From the IMG/VR virus record IMGVR_UViG_3300034656_000069: a DNA stretch of 64,000 nt. One strand, 5' to 3'. Under the pieces are notes generated by a model. The model ran no database searches and had not been told where the DNA came from. It saw only the letters and a list, made by a program, of their open reading frames with translations. The position numbers were made by a program, and so were the translations under genes. The first letter of the stretch is position 1. Each line of letters begins with the position of its first letter. Of this stretch, positions 10,800 to 20,459 are shown one piece after another. Origin of the DNA: an uncultured virus (IMG/VR IMGVR_UViG_3300034656_000069). Taxonomy: Duplodnaviria > Heunggongvirae > Uroviricota > Caudoviricetes.

Positions 10800-11984
10800 T
10801 TACGCCTTGGCTGGCTTGCGGTTAAAACGGGCGTAGGCGTTGGCATAGTTAACGCTCGCCTGTCTCGCTTGCCCCCCTTCGGGGGAGTGGCTGTTATGAA
10901 TGTGCTGGCCTTCGCCGTGGGCGGCGGCAACGTCGAATACGTAGCCGGTGGCCTGATCGGTATCCATGCCGTTGCTAATCAGCTTTTCCATGAGCTGGTT
11001 TTGCCCGGTGGTCTGGCAGGCTTTAATGATGCTGGTCACGCGGGTACGCTCGGTGGCCAGCACTTGCTCCGGCTGTGCCGCCTGCAGCCGCTGGATAGCC
11101 TGAACGGCGCTTTCTGGCGTTTGCTGAATATCAGCAGGGTCTAAGCTGAGCGCCTTGGCAATCACTGCTAGCGGCTGCCCTTCGGCGTTAGCCGTGGGGG
11201 CTTGCTGCCGTAGCGCGATAATCTGATCACCCAGATCAGCGGCTTGGGCTTCGGCTTCTTCGGGGGTCAGATCGAACGCCAGGGCGAGGGCATCGGCGGC
11301 GCTCATGGTGGTTTGCTGCCCGGCTAGCTGGGCGCGCAGGTTGATCAGCTCGCCATGCTCTTCTAGCTGCTTTTTGAACTTGGACATATCAGCACAGGCC
11401 ACCGCCTGCAGTTGGGCATCTTTAGCGGTGGCAATGCCCCACGCCAGCGCTTCATCCGCGCCCATTACTGTGTCGCCCTGATCCAGCAAGCCGTTAATCT
11501 CTTCGGCGGTCTTGCCGGTCACCCCTACGAACACATCAACGATGGCATCATCGAATTTCGTGAGGTTGGCGGCGGTTTCCTGCATTTCCTTGGCGTTGTA
11601 GAAACCCACCATCAGCGAGCTGGCTCGGTGGGTCATTACCGTGGTGCCCACGCCCATGGTGCGGGTATCACCCGCCATCATGATCGTTACCGCGATACTT
11701 GCCGCCATGCCGGTTACTTTGGTGTGCACCTTGGCCCGGTGATTTTTGAGGTAGTTGTAAATGCGAACGCCGCTGGCCACATCGCCACCAGGGCAATTCA
11801 GCTCTATATTGATCTCGTCTAGTTCGCCAAGCGCATCAATCGCGGCGATCAACTCACGGGCGGGCTTTTCGCCGGTAAAATCGCTAATCCAATCCGGTGC
11901 CCAATCCGAGCCAATCGGGTTATCAATAGCGATATGTGCAATACGCGGGTTTTCCGCCATTGCTTGAGCTGTAAACCAAGGCAT
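10800..11984 (-). CDS. ClpP-type head maturation protease with C-terminal scaffold region
   Basis: LNCPGGDV..G, GMAASIA, MTHRAS motifs; helical C-terminus. Confidence 0.9.
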   Translation of the reverse strand: MPWFTAQAMAENPRIAHIAIDNPIGSDWAPDWISDFTGEKPARELIAAIDALGELDEINIELNCPGGDVASGVRIYNYLKNHRAKVHTKVTGMAASIAVTIMMAGDTRTMGVGTTVMTHRASSLMVGFYNAKEMQETAANLTKFDDAIVDVFVGVTGKTAEEINGLLDQGDTVMGADEALAWGIATAKDAQLQAVACADMSKFKKQLEEHGELINLRAQLAGQQTTMSAADALALAFDLTPEEAEAQAADLGDQIIALRQQAPTANAEGQPLAVIAKALSLDPADIQQTPESAVQAIQRLQAAQPEQVLATERTRVTSIIKACQTTGQNQLMEKLISNGMDTDQATGYVFDVAAAHGEGQHIHNSHSPEGGQARQASVNYANAYARFNRKPAKA

Positions 11985-11986
11985 GG

Positions 11987-13483
11987 TTAGTCGTCCTCGT
12001 TGTCTTCGTCGGTGGTGGCCAGGGCTTCAAGGGCTTTTTGCAGTGCCCCGTTTTTGGCGGTGATACGCGGGTCTGAATCCAGCGCCAGCCCGTGTTGGTC
12101 GGCGCTTCGGTTGCCCTTGGCAATCTCGGCATCCAGCAGGTCGAGCGACCAGCCGCGCTCCCCCGCTTTCTCGCTGCGCGGGGCAAAACCGGCGCGCACT
12201 TCCAGTAGGTCGGCGCTGACTTCTTTCAGCGGGTCTACCCAACTCCACTTTGGCGCGATCCAATCAATGGCTAACAGCTCTTTACGCCGTTGCCAGTAAC
12301 CGGGAATGAGCAGCGCCCCACTGGTCACGGCCACATCAAGCCATTTAGCCGCCACGCGGCGGCACCACTGGTGAACCATCAGCGAGGCTTGCAACATTTC
12401 AGCCCGGCGGCGGAACTCTAAAAGCCCGGCCCGTATTGAGCTGTAGTTGACGCCTTTGAGGTCGCCGGTCATCTGCTCATAAGTCAGGCCCGCACCCGCG
12501 CCCACCGCTAACAGCTCGGTACGCAGCCACTCGGTGTATTGCCCTTGAATATCGGGCGGCGTTGAGAACGTGACCTCTTCGTCATCCTCCATGTAGTGGA
12601 TGCCGCCGGGCGTGAACTCTTCTAGCGGCTCCACTTCGCCGGGCTTTTTCACCAGCTCGCCGAACGCTGGGCCGTCCTCTTCGGGGTCTTGGTTCGTCTT
12701 GCGTTTGACGAACGCGCCGAACAGCTGCGCCAGCTTTTGCCGGGCTAGCGTGGCGTCCTGCATTTCGTCAATTTCGTACAGCCGCACGATGACGCTGGTC
12801 AGCTCTGGCACCCCACGCAGCTGGCCGGGCCGGGTGCGGCGGTACATGTGAATGACGTTATCCGCTGGCACCGGCACCCGTTCGTTATACGCGGCGGTGA
12901 GCTGTTCGTTGGGGTGATAACGCCATAGGTGGTAAGCGGTACGCTGACCGATGCCGTTAAATTCGATGCCCATCTTGATCATGCGACCGCCAAAGGCTTG
13001 CGAGTAGGCGGGGTCTAGGTGTTCGGACTCCACCACCTGCAGCTGCAGGGGCACGCTTAGGCCGTCGCTTGTGCGCCGGTAACGAAAGCGCCCTAGCACC
13101 TCACCGGCTTCAAACTGGGCGCCAGCGGCCAACGCCTGTTGGCCATAGAAATTGTCTACGCCGTCCGCGTCGCTTTCCTCTACCCACTGATCCCAAAGCG
13201 CTTGGATGATCGGATTGCGCCACTGAGGCTTAATGCCAGTGCCCACTAGGTTGGAAACGTATTTCTCTTTGGCACTGGCGGCGTAGGCGTTGTTTCTAAT
13301 GGCGTAGTGGCTGCGGGCCTGCAGGATGGGCAGCGAGTTTTCAATAGGGCCGTTGGGGCCGGTGACCATCGTTCCCTTGCCTGCCATACGGCGGCGCGTG
13401 CTACCGCCTTCGTAGTAGGCGCGCACCGGCACTTGCCGCCCGTCCCTCACGGTCATACGGATTCGGGGCTTACTGGCGATCAT
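11987..13483 (-). CDS. Portal protein, lambda family
   Basis: RNNAYA, RPGQLRGVP, GDLKGVNYSSIRAGLLE, WVDPLKE motifs. Confidence 0.95.
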   Translation of the reverse strand: MIASKPRIRMTVRDGRQVPVRAYYEGGSTRRRMAGKGTMVTGPNGPIENSLPILQARSHYAIRNNAYAASAKEKYVSNLVGTGIKPQWRNPIIQALWDQWVEESDADGVDNFYGQQALAAGAQFEAGEVLGRFRYRRTSDGLSVPLQLQVVESEHLDPAYSQAFGGRMIKMGIEFNGIGQRTAYHLWRYHPNEQLTAAYNERVPVPADNVIHMYRRTRPGQLRGVPELTSVIVRLYEIDEMQDATLARQKLAQLFGAFVKRKTNQDPEEDGPAFGELVKKPGEVEPLEEFTPGGIHYMEDDEEVTFSTPPDIQGQYTEWLRTELLAVGAGAGLTYEQMTGDLKGVNYSSIRAGLLEFRRRAEMLQASLMVHQWCRRVAAKWLDVAVTSGALLIPGYWQRRKELLAIDWIAPKWSWVDPLKEVSADLLEVRAGFAPRSEKAGERGWSLDLLDAEIAKGNRSADQHGLALDSDPRITAKNGALQKALEALATTDEDNEDD

Positions 13484-13484
13484 G

Positions 13485-13712
13485 TCAAAGCCCCTTGTTG
13501 GTCATCACTAGGCGAGTACGGCTACGGCGGCGCTTGCTGAGCGCCTGCAGGCGTTCGGCTATCTGATTTTCCAGCGACTGCAGCGCAGGTAAGTCGGCTT
13601 GGGCAAACTGCACCTGCCGCCCGTTTTGGTTAATGGATACGACGCGTTTACCCGTTGCCAGGTCTACGATGGCTTGGCGAACCTCGGCAAGCTGTTCGGG
13701 GGTGTTGGCCAT
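13485..13712 (-). CDS. Head completion protein gpW-like
   Basis: LATGKRVVSINQNGRQVQF; between terminase and portal. Confidence 0.85.
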   Translation of the reverse strand: MANTPEQLAEVRQAIVDLATGKRVVSINQNGRQVQFAQADLPALQSLENQIAERLQALSKRRRSRTRLVMTNKGL

Positions 13713-13723
13713 GGGTGGGCCTC

Positions 13724-15805
13724 CTAAATTCGGGGCTTAACAACGCGACGGCGGCGGCGCGCTTGGGGCGCGGGTTGTGCCTGGGGTGGTGGTTGGCTTG
13801 CTTCGGTGCCGGTGGTGGGCGCGCTTAGCAGCAAGTTAGCGTCCCAGTGGTCGGCCCACGTGGGCGGGGCTTGCCAGTTGATCTTCTCGCCCCCCAGCAG
13901 AATGAAAATGGCGAGGTTGTAAACGAACAGGTCGAACGCTTCGTTTGGCTTGCTGCCAGGGCGCGCCCATTTGCCGGTGGCGGGGTCGCGTACTTCGTAG
14001 GTCAGCTCATCAAACCACCACATGCCTAGCCAATCAGGGGTGTGCATGTAGCCTGCGCCGGGCTGTTCGCGGTCGATCATCGCCGCTACGGTGTCTTTCA
14101 GCAGGTCGGTGCCCAGCAGGTACAACGGCACATCGCCCCGCGCCCCACTGCTGCGGCTTTTGCGCTTGGTGTTGTCGGGCTCGGTTTTACGGATGCGGCT
14201 ATTGGTTTTGCTACTGCCACCTTTCAGCAGGTACACACGGCCTTGTAGGCCATCGCCCCCGGCTCTTAACCGGCGGTGATATTCATACGCCTGCGAGGTC
14301 ACGCTTTCGGTGCCTTTCCCCTCCCCGCCGGTATCCACGCCCATAGCGAGAATCGGCATACGCCGCCCGCTGCCATCGCCTAGCTTGTAGGTGCGCTTTA
14401 GCACGTCGCGGGTCAGCAAATCCCAATCCTCGGGCTGCGTCATGGGGTTAATCTGCCGGGGTGGCTGGTCACCCTCGGGGCCGCGATCCTCTTTGATGTT
14501 GAAGCGGTCCACTAACCAAGTTTCACGGTTAGGCCCCCAACCATGCACCTGCACCACGAACCGGCGGTTTTTGCCGCCCTGCACGTCTACCGATGCCGTG
14601 AGGAAACGCACCCCGTGGGGCACGGTGCGATGCTGATAGGCTTCGCCCCGGTCTTTCAGGCGCTGGCCTGAACGCTTCTCTCCCGGTGTGCGGTTAACGT
14701 AGGGGCGGCCCCAGTCAACGTTGGTGACTGACTGCAAATCCTTTTGGTTGCCGGTGGCTTGGAATGTCTCTTCGGCAGCGCGTAGCTTGCTCACCAGAGA
14801 TTGCCATGTTTGATCCGATGCCGCCGGACCTTCCATCCAGAATGACGCAATCCGCGTTTCACGCGGGGTGCCTATCAGCTCGCCCTCTAACGTCAGCTCG
14901 CAGCCCTCGGGCACCCAGCGGCCACGCTGGTTAAGCTCTCGCTTAACTCGCTGGTCGACCTCAGCGCCACAGTGCGGGCAAAACACACACCCGCTTTCCA
15001 TGCTGAAATTCTCTTGGATCGGCTGAAACCAGCGGCGGCAGGCGCTTTCTGGACACTGCCAGTACAAGCGGCGGCGGTCGCCTTGGTTGTAGAGATCCAG
15101 TATGCCGGTGGTGGGCGGTGCCCGGTGCGGCTCGTCGTCCGGCTGCTGCCAATCGGCATCCAGCACCGGCCTACCGGGGGAACTCTCAACCAGCGTCATG
15201 CCGGTGCTACCAAAGGTTTGGGTACGTTTGCTAGCAAGCACCCAACCGGAACCCTCACCGCCTACGTTTTCCGTCATGCGGTCGTAGTCGGTCAGTAGTA
15301 CAAATTGGTAGTCAGACGATGCAAAAACGTTCTTCGACGGGTGCTTAATCGCTAGCATGTTGCCAGCGCGAAAAATGATGTCGTGAACGTTGTTGTCGTG
15401 GCCTCGCGGGCTTAACCGCTTGGTAATCTCAGGCGAGGCGTTAAAGCTACGGCGCAAGCGTTTCTTGCTGTACTCCGCTGCTTTGGCCTCGGTAATTTGC
15501 ACGACCAGCCCATCACCGGGGTCGTTGATGATCTTGTAGCAAATGAATCCATCGACTAAGCCGATGGTTTTACCTGTTCGCGCCGGGCCTACGAAAATCA
15601 CCGCGTCGTATTTGCGGGAGCCCATGCAGTCCATGGGCTCGATCATGTAGGGGGTTTTGTCAGGCTTCCAAAGCGTTTTGGTGCCGTTGCCGTGTACAAC
15701 GTACATCGACTCGGCCACCGCCTCGCTCACACGCACCCGGCGCGGCGGGCGTAACAGCGTGGCTATGTCATGGCGAATGGCGGCAGCGTTAGCGGTGTTA
15801 GCCAT
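13724..15805 (-). CDS. terL: Terminase large subunit, lambda gpA family
   Basis: GPARTGKT Walker A, ESSP, CPES..C and CPHCG, LTASVDVQ, NEAFDL. Confidence 0.95.
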   Translation of the reverse strand: MANTANAAAIRHDIATLLRPPRRVRVSEAVAESMYVVHGNGTKTLWKPDKTPYMIEPMDCMGSRKYDAVIFVGPARTGKTIGLVDGFICYKIINDPGDGLVVQITEAKAAEYSKKRLRRSFNASPEITKRLSPRGHDNNVHDIIFRAGNMLAIKHPSKNVFASSDYQFVLLTDYDRMTENVGGEGSGWVLASKRTQTFGSTGMTLVESSPGRPVLDADWQQPDDEPHRAPPTTGILDLYNQGDRRRLYWQCPESACRRWFQPIQENFSMESGCVFCPHCGAEVDQRVKRELNQRGRWVPEGCELTLEGELIGTPRETRIASFWMEGPAASDQTWQSLVSKLRAAEETFQATGNQKDLQSVTNVDWGRPYVNRTPGEKRSGQRLKDRGEAYQHRTVPHGVRFLTASVDVQGGKNRRFVVQVHGWGPNRETWLVDRFNIKEDRGPEGDQPPRQINPMTQPEDWDLLTRDVLKRTYKLGDGSGRRMPILAMGVDTGGEGKGTESVTSQAYEYHRRLRAGGDGLQGRVYLLKGGSSKTNSRIRKTEPDNTKRKSRSSGARGDVPLYLLGTDLLKDTVAAMIDREQPGAGYMHTPDWLGMWWFDELTYEVRDPATGKWARPGSKPNEAFDLFVYNLAIFILLGGEKINWQAPPTWADHWDANLLLSAPTTGTEASQPPPQAQPAPQARRRRRVVKPRI

Positions 15806-16298
15806 TGTCTGGGCTCTCCATATCCGCCGTTGCCGCTTGGTACATCTGCTCGCGTAACGCGTCGATCACGTGCTGAACGCGCTCGATGGCGTCAGGGTCT
15901 AGCCCGGCGTCACGCTCCAACGCGTCGGGCAATGAATCCAAGCCCGCCGCCACCGTCTTGGCCAGGGTGCTTAGCTCGCGGGCAAACTCATGTGCCGGTA
16001 TCAGTTGCTTAATGGCCACCTCAAATTTAAGGCGCTCGTTTTCCGACTGATACCAAGCCTTACGCGCATCGGGGAACTGGTCTAAATCCAGCCCGCCCGC
16101 GATAGGCGTCTTTTCACCGAACAGCGCCGGACCAACGTCTGAAAGTGCATACGTGGGGTTACCGCGACGCGTGCCAGAGGGCATGACGCCATGCTCTTGC
16201 AGGCGCTTAGCCACGGTGCGGCGGTCTAATCCAAACGCTTGGCCAATCCTGCTAACCGACCAGTTATAGGCATCTTTGCTCTCTATCACTTCACCCAT
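15798..16298 (-). CDS. terS: Terminase small subunit (DUF1441/Nu1-like)
   Basis: N-terminal HTH; RKAWYQSENERLKFE; overlaps the terL start. Confidence 0.9.
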   Translation of the reverse strand: MGEVIESKDAYNWSVSRIGQAFGLDRRTVAKRLQEHGVMPSGTRRGNPTYALSDVGPALFGEKTPIAGGLDLDQFPDARKAWYQSENERLKFEVAIKQLIPAHEFARELSTLAKTVAAGLDSLPDALERDAGLDPDAIERVQHVIDALREQMYQAATADMESPDNG

Positions 16299-16464
16299 AG
16301 ATGCCCACCTCTTGCGGCGCTGATAACCCCCGCTCAGCTGTACATGATTCGATTAAAAACAAGCTGCTCGATGTACAACTTGCACAGTTAACGCGCTGAG
16401 CAACCACACGGGATTAACCCCACCTGCGGTGGTACATCCTGAAAACCCGAAAATTTCCCAAAAT

Positions 16465-16514
16465 CCGCGACTGCCTGCCCCCGTGGTCTAGGCATCACTT
16501 GCTAGGAAGGACCC
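16465..16514 (-). other. Lambda-like cos site (cosQ + cosN), predicted 12-nt cohesive end GGGGCAGGCAGT (16481-16470)
   Basis: Minus strand GGGTCCT ... CCACG-GGGGCAGGCAGT-CGCGG upstream of terS; mirrors lambda GGGTCCT ... TTACG-GGGCGGCGACCT-CGCGG. Confidence 0.75.
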
Positions 16515-16540
16515 GCGTTTTTTTGCACCGCGTTGGTGCA

Positions 16541-16813
16541 TTACTCGGCCTGTCGATTGCGGAAGATAAGCGCGACGGCGCGGCGGTCGGCGTTGAAGCG
16601 GATGCGCAGGGCTTCGTAGTCGGCTAGCAGCTGCAGCAGGTCGCGGTTGGTGTGGATCTCTCGGACGGGCGCGGGGCGTGGATCAATCAGGAACCACGGC
16701 AGCGCTTGGGGTGTCGGCTCCGCTGGTGTCGGGGCGGGTGAGGCGGCGCACCCAATCAGCAACGCCGATAGGCACAGGCTGGCCAGCCCACGCCCTAGAA
16801 TCTGAATCCGCAT
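16541..16813 (-). CDS. o-spanin (Rz1-like lipoprotein)
   Basis: Lipobox LIGC, Pro-rich, overlaps the i-spanin in another frame. Confidence 0.8.
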   Translation of the reverse strand: MRIQILGRGLASLCLSALLIGCAASPAPTPAEPTPQALPWFLIDPRPAPVREIHTNRDLLQLLADYEALRIRFNADRRAVALIFRNRQAE

Positions 16814-17105
16814 CGTTCACCCCCATGGCTTCGGCCTGGGCGCGCAGTCGGTCGATGCGCTGCGCGCCGTCGTTTAATTCACGTTCGCGCACATCTAACG
16901 CTTCAACTAACAGCCGGTTACGCTCTACCTGCACCGCCAACGTCGCGGCGGTCACATCAAGCGCGGCTTGTGCTTTCGCGTGTTGCTGCTGGGCCTTCTC
17001 TAGCTCAGCCTTTAACCCACTGAGTCGCCACATCAAACCAATGCCAACGACCAGCGCTATCACCAGCGCCCACGGAATCAGCTTCGTTAGCAGCCTGCTC
17101 AGCAT
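16683..17105 (-). CDS. i-spanin (Rz-like)
   Basis: N-terminal transmembrane segment plus coiled coil, after the endolysin. Confidence 0.8.
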   Translation of the reverse strand: MLSRLLTKLIPWALVIALVVGIGLMWRLSGLKAELEKAQQQHAKAQAALDVTAATLAVQVERNRLLVEALDVRERELNDGAQRIDRLRAQAEAMGVNDADSDSRAWAGQPVPIGVADWVRRLTRPDTSGADTPSAAVVPD

Positions 17106-17571
17106 CCCGCACCCCCTCTAAACACACATCACGCTCAACGGCGCGGCGTCTTGCCAGCCCGCGCAACCGCTCACCACCGGCATACACCCAGCGGGACAAC
17201 TCATTGCATGCAGCCTCAAGCTCCCCAGCATTCGCCAGCCGGGCCAGCGTCGAACGCTGCAGGTTGCCCGCGCCCACGTTGAACGTGAACGAAACGAACG
17301 CGGCGCGGGTATCATCGGGAAGGGGCGCGGTAATGATGCGATCCACCGCGCTCAGCGCCTCGCGCATGTCCTGCTCTAGCAACGCGTCACACTCTGCCGG
17401 GGTGAGCGTTTGGCCTGGGGCTGCCGTGGCCGTGTGCCCGGTGCATACCGTCCACACGCCTACCGCGTCGCGGTAGCTCTCCAGCTTGGTGCCCTCGAAC
17501 GGCACGATGATGCCCGCCGCTATCGCCATCACCGCGCCCACTCCGGCGCTAATCGCTCGTTTGTTAGCCAT
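17005..17571 (-). CDS. Endolysin, GH24 lysozyme with probable SAR N-terminus
   Basis: FEG...YRDAVGVWTVCTGHT (E-8x-D-5x-T), FNVG, GLARRR; Gly/Ala-rich N-terminal segment. Confidence 0.92.
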   Translation of the reverse strand: MANKRAISAGVGAVMAIAAGIIVPFEGTKLESYRDAVGVWTVCTGHTATAAPGQTLTPAECDALLEQDMREALSAVDRIITAPLPDDTRAAFVSFTFNVGAGNLQRSTLARLANAGELEAACNELSRWVYAGGERLRGLARRRAVERDVCLEGVRDAEQAANEADSVGAGDSAGRWHWFDVATQWVKG

Positions 17572-17842
17572 TGCGCCCACCCCGCCGGTTGTCAAAGTGC
17601 TTCCAAATATCGAACGCCAAGCGCAGCCCGACGAACACCAAGCCGCCCACGCTCACCACATCAGCCGTCACCACGTGAACGCCTCCCATCTCAATCAGCG
17701 GCATGTTCAGCAGCGACACCACCTCACCGGGCGAGGGTGAAATATCCATGACGGCGGCCGCGCTGGCCTTGGACGTTTGCGACACAGCAGACACGCCACT
17801 ACCGCCCACGTACGCAATCACACGGCCAGCGTCGACTTTCAT
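17564..17842 (-). CDS. Putative holin
   Basis: Small protein with hydrophobic segment and basic C-terminus, overlapping the endolysin start. Confidence 0.6.
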   Translation of the reverse strand: MKVDAGRVIAYVGGSGVSAVSQTSKASAAAVMDISPSPGEVVSLLNMPLIEMGGVHVVTADVVSVGGLVFVGLRLAFDIWKHFDNRRGGRNG

Positions 17843-17988
17843 AAGCAATCACCAAATCGCAGACATAAAAAAACCGCCCGGTGAGGGGCGGCATGTCTAA
17901 GCAGAGAACATTAAAGGGCTTGCTGCGGGGCTAAGGGAACGGAAATACCCCGCATGCCATAAACGATAGATCAAAGTGCCACCGGATG

Positions 17989-18005
17989 CAACACGTTGAG
18001 TGTTA
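17989..18005. promoter_or_regulatory. Operator-like palindrome upstream of the lysis/late genes
   Basis: CAACAC-GTTGA-GTGTTA, same ACAC-N5-GTGT pattern as the sites next to cI. Confidence 0.55.
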
Positions 18006-18089
18006 AAATCCCCTCAAGAGTGTTACACACCAGCATGCCAACCACCATCGCGGCAGGTGCTGGATACTCTTAACAGATAGGTTTGCTCA

Positions 18090-19358
18090 TTACCCCGCCA
18101 CCCCTTGCCACCACTGAGGCTGGTCGCTGTTGTGATAAAACGACAATCTTGGTTCTGTCTCGGTCAGAAACACGCTAAAACCGCGCTCACATAGCCAGGT
18201 ATGCCAGCGCTCCAACGCATCGAGAATCTGCCGCTCTGCGTACGTGTGAATGTAGGTACGGTCTAATTTTGATAAGGCGTGATTTAACAACAGCTCACCG
18301 GCGAGATACTCCACCCCCAAATCAGCCCACGTTGTACGGGCGAGCTTACGCAGGTCATGGGAATGCCACCGCGCACCGCTAGCACTCACCACCAGATCAA
18401 ACACGGCTGAACGGGATAACGGCTTACCCTTCGATGCACCGGGGAACAGATACACGCCCCGGTAACCGTTCGCCTGCTGATACGCTCGGTAACGGGTTAA
18501 CAGCGTCACGGCCATGGCGGTTAACGGCAGGCGGTGCTGACGCTTGGATTTTGTGTTGTCGGTGGGGATGGTCCACGTGCGCGCTTCGAGATCGAACTGC
18601 CCCCACTTGGCTAGCCGCGTCTCGCTAATACGGGTGCCAAACAGCAGCATCAACAACAGCAGGAAACACCCGGGCGGCTCGCACGAACGCAGGGCGCTTA
18701 TCAGATCGGGCACATCGGCAGCAGTCAGCGCCCCCGCCTTAGCTGGGGTTTTCGCGTCGATGAAATCACCCACATTCACCCCAGCGAAGGGGTCAGTATC
18801 CAGCAGGTTCAGCTTACGGGCTTGCTTAAACGCGGCTTTGATCACGCCAAATATCAAACGAACGTAAGCAACGGAATAATGCTCCTGCAGCGGCCACACC
18901 AAACCACTGTCGATACACGCCGGGGTAATACTCGCCAGCGGCTGGGCACCGAACAGGGGCAGCAAGTGACGATTAACGGCGGTTTTGATCGATGATTTTC
19001 GAGTAGCGGATAACCGGCCATGGGAAGCCGAACGGTCACGATACCAACACAGCAGGTCAGCCACGGTTTCCCACGCATCGACACCCACCGGCCCGGCAGG
19101 ATCGAGCGCCAGCTTGGCCTCCAACTCAGGCAACCGCGCCAGCAATGCGCGGGTGGTCAGCTCCGGGTAATTGCCCACCCGGTGCCAATGGTCACGCCCA
19201 CCCGCATAGCGCACCACGTACCAGCTGGCACGCTCACGGGAAGCATGAAAGCGCACCCGCACCGGGTAGCGCGGGTCGCGCAACTGGAAAATATCAGGGT
19301 CAGGTAGGTGCCGCTTAATCGCAGCATCAGAGAGGGGAACAGCGAGGGTTTTAGGCAT
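18090..19358 (-). CDS. Tyrosine recombinase/integrase with N-terminal arm-binding-like domain
   Basis: Catalytic set present: GTRISE (R), NTKSK (K), HDLR, LLNH, TYIH. Confidence 0.9.
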   Translation of the reverse strand: MPKTLAVPLSDAAIKRHLPDPDIFQLRDPRYPVRVRFHASRERASWYVVRYAGGRDHWHRVGNYPELTTRALLARLPELEAKLALDPAGPVGVDAWETVADLLCWYRDRSASHGRLSATRKSSIKTAVNRHLLPLFGAQPLASITPACIDSGLVWPLQEHYSVAYVRLIFGVIKAAFKQARKLNLLDTDPFAGVNVGDFIDAKTPAKAGALTAADVPDLISALRSCEPPGCFLLLLMLLFGTRISETRLAKWGQFDLEARTWTIPTDNTKSKRQHRLPLTAMAVTLLTRYRAYQQANGYRGVYLFPGASKGKPLSRSAVFDLVVSASGARWHSHDLRKLARTTWADLGVEYLAGELLLNHALSKLDRTYIHTYAERQILDALERWHTWLCERGFSVFLTETEPRLSFYHNSDQPQWWQGVAG

Positions 19359-19420
19359 TGGCTCAAACTCCGAGACAGCAACGCCCCCGCTCGGGGGTCA
19401 ATGCGCCGGGCTGAGCCATT

Positions 19421-19460
19421 GCGTTATTGCGTTATATGACGCTAGCGTTATAGCGTTTTA
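19421..19460. repeat. GCGTTA repeat cluster, variant B
   Basis: GCGTTATTGCGTTATATGACGCTAGCGTTATAGCGTTTTA, near-copy of 29134-29165. Confidence 0.8.
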
Positions 19461-19470
19461 AAAGACTGGT

Positions 19471-19989
19471 TTAAAGGCCGTCGTTCTCATCATGCTTCAT
19501 AAACACTAGCCAGTGCGTTAGCCCCTTACGGCCTGATAGATGGCCAAATAGCGGCGGCTGCGGGGCAAGCTTTATGACTTCGCCTATCTTGACCTGCGTT
19601 TCGTTCCACTTGAAAACCAGGGTGCCGCCGGGCTCCAGCACTCTCAGGCACTCTTCAAAACCTTTGCGAATATCGTCTTGCCAGTTGTCGCTCAACTTTC
19701 CGTACTTCGCTGCTAGCCAGCTTCGCGGCCCTGCTCGACATAGATGCGGTGGGTCAAAAGCGACGAGCTTAAACGTGCCATCGGCATACGGAAGGTTTCG
19801 GAAGTCGAGCAACACGTCTGGCTCAATGAGCAACGTTCGCGTGCCTTCATGCTTACCGTGGCTGCGGTCAGTAACTGTGATTTTTTCTGATCGGCAATCG
19901 CCAAACACTACCGATGGATTATCACGGTCATGCCACATCATGCGCCCGCCGCAACAAGGATCAAGAATCGGCTTAACTGCGACGCTCAT
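19471..19989 (-). CDS. SAM-dependent methyltransferase, probable DNA amino-methyltransferase
   Basis: ILDPCCGG motif I, FDPPH motif IV, LVFKWNE. Confidence 0.8.
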   Translation of the reverse strand: MSVAVKPILDPCCGGRMMWHDRDNPSVVFGDCRSEKITVTDRSHGKHEGTRTLLIEPDVLLDFRNLPYADGTFKLVAFDPPHLCRAGPRSWLAAKYGKLSDNWQDDIRKGFEECLRVLEPGGTLVFKWNETQVKIGEVIKLAPQPPLFGHLSGRKGLTHWLVFMKHDENDGL

Positions 19990-20372
19990 AAGCCATCACG
20001 CTCCCGCGTGCGATCTTTCAGCGCCTCTAGCGCCCGCTCAATCCCTAGCAGCGCCTCAGCGTTATAGAGGTTCGCATGCGGCCCATCTTGAAAACGCTCA
20101 AGGCGGTCAGCACACACCGCCAGCAACGCTTCTATGCTCACCCCATTAGGCCCAACCTCTTGCGGGTTACCGTCTTGAAAACTGATACACCCCAGCACCT
20201 GAGCGCCACCGCTCATCATTTCACAGTCAGCGCCCACACCAATGAGGTAATGGTTTTGGGCACCACCTGGGGAGTACGGCCCGTGAGCGATCACCGCTTG
20301 GCCCATGTCACCGCGACCGTTGCGGCTCACGGCATGCCCGGTCACTAGCCGGGGCTGATCGAGATTAGGCAT
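19986..20372 (-). CDS. tad1: Tad1-like anti-defence signal-sponge protein
   Basis: PGGA..HY, ISFQDG, NGV..EALL.V..DRL..FQDGP...N.EAL..IE.AL..L..R follows the Tad1 pattern as recalled; ATG 20372 after AGGAGG. Confidence 0.7.
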   Translation of the reverse strand: MPNLDQPRLVTGHAVSRNGRGDMGQAVIAHGPYSPGGAQNHYLIGVGADCEMMSGGAQVLGCISFQDGNPQEVGPNGVSIEALLAVCADRLERFQDGPHANLYNAEALLGIERALEALKDRTRERDGL

Positions 20373-20429
20373 TGCATGCCCTCCTACTGTCGGTTTTGAA
20401 TAGCGCGCCAACGCTCATTGCCATTTGCT

Positions 20430-20459
20430 GCGTTATAGCGTGCTAGCGTTATTTCACGC
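20430..20459 (-). repeat. 30-bp element, variant A
   Basis: Minus strand GCGTGAAATAACGCTAGCACGCTATAACGC. Confidence 0.85.

Noticed and set aside
17005..17105. Endolysin C-terminal extension overlapping the i-spanin
   Set aside because: Overlaps are common in lysis cassettes; no evidence of a separate function
18090..19358. Tyrosine recombinase as a protelomerase (linear N15-like prophage)
   Set aside because: It has standard HxxR and H...Y integrase motifs and an arm-binding-like N-terminus, with no long palindrome beside it
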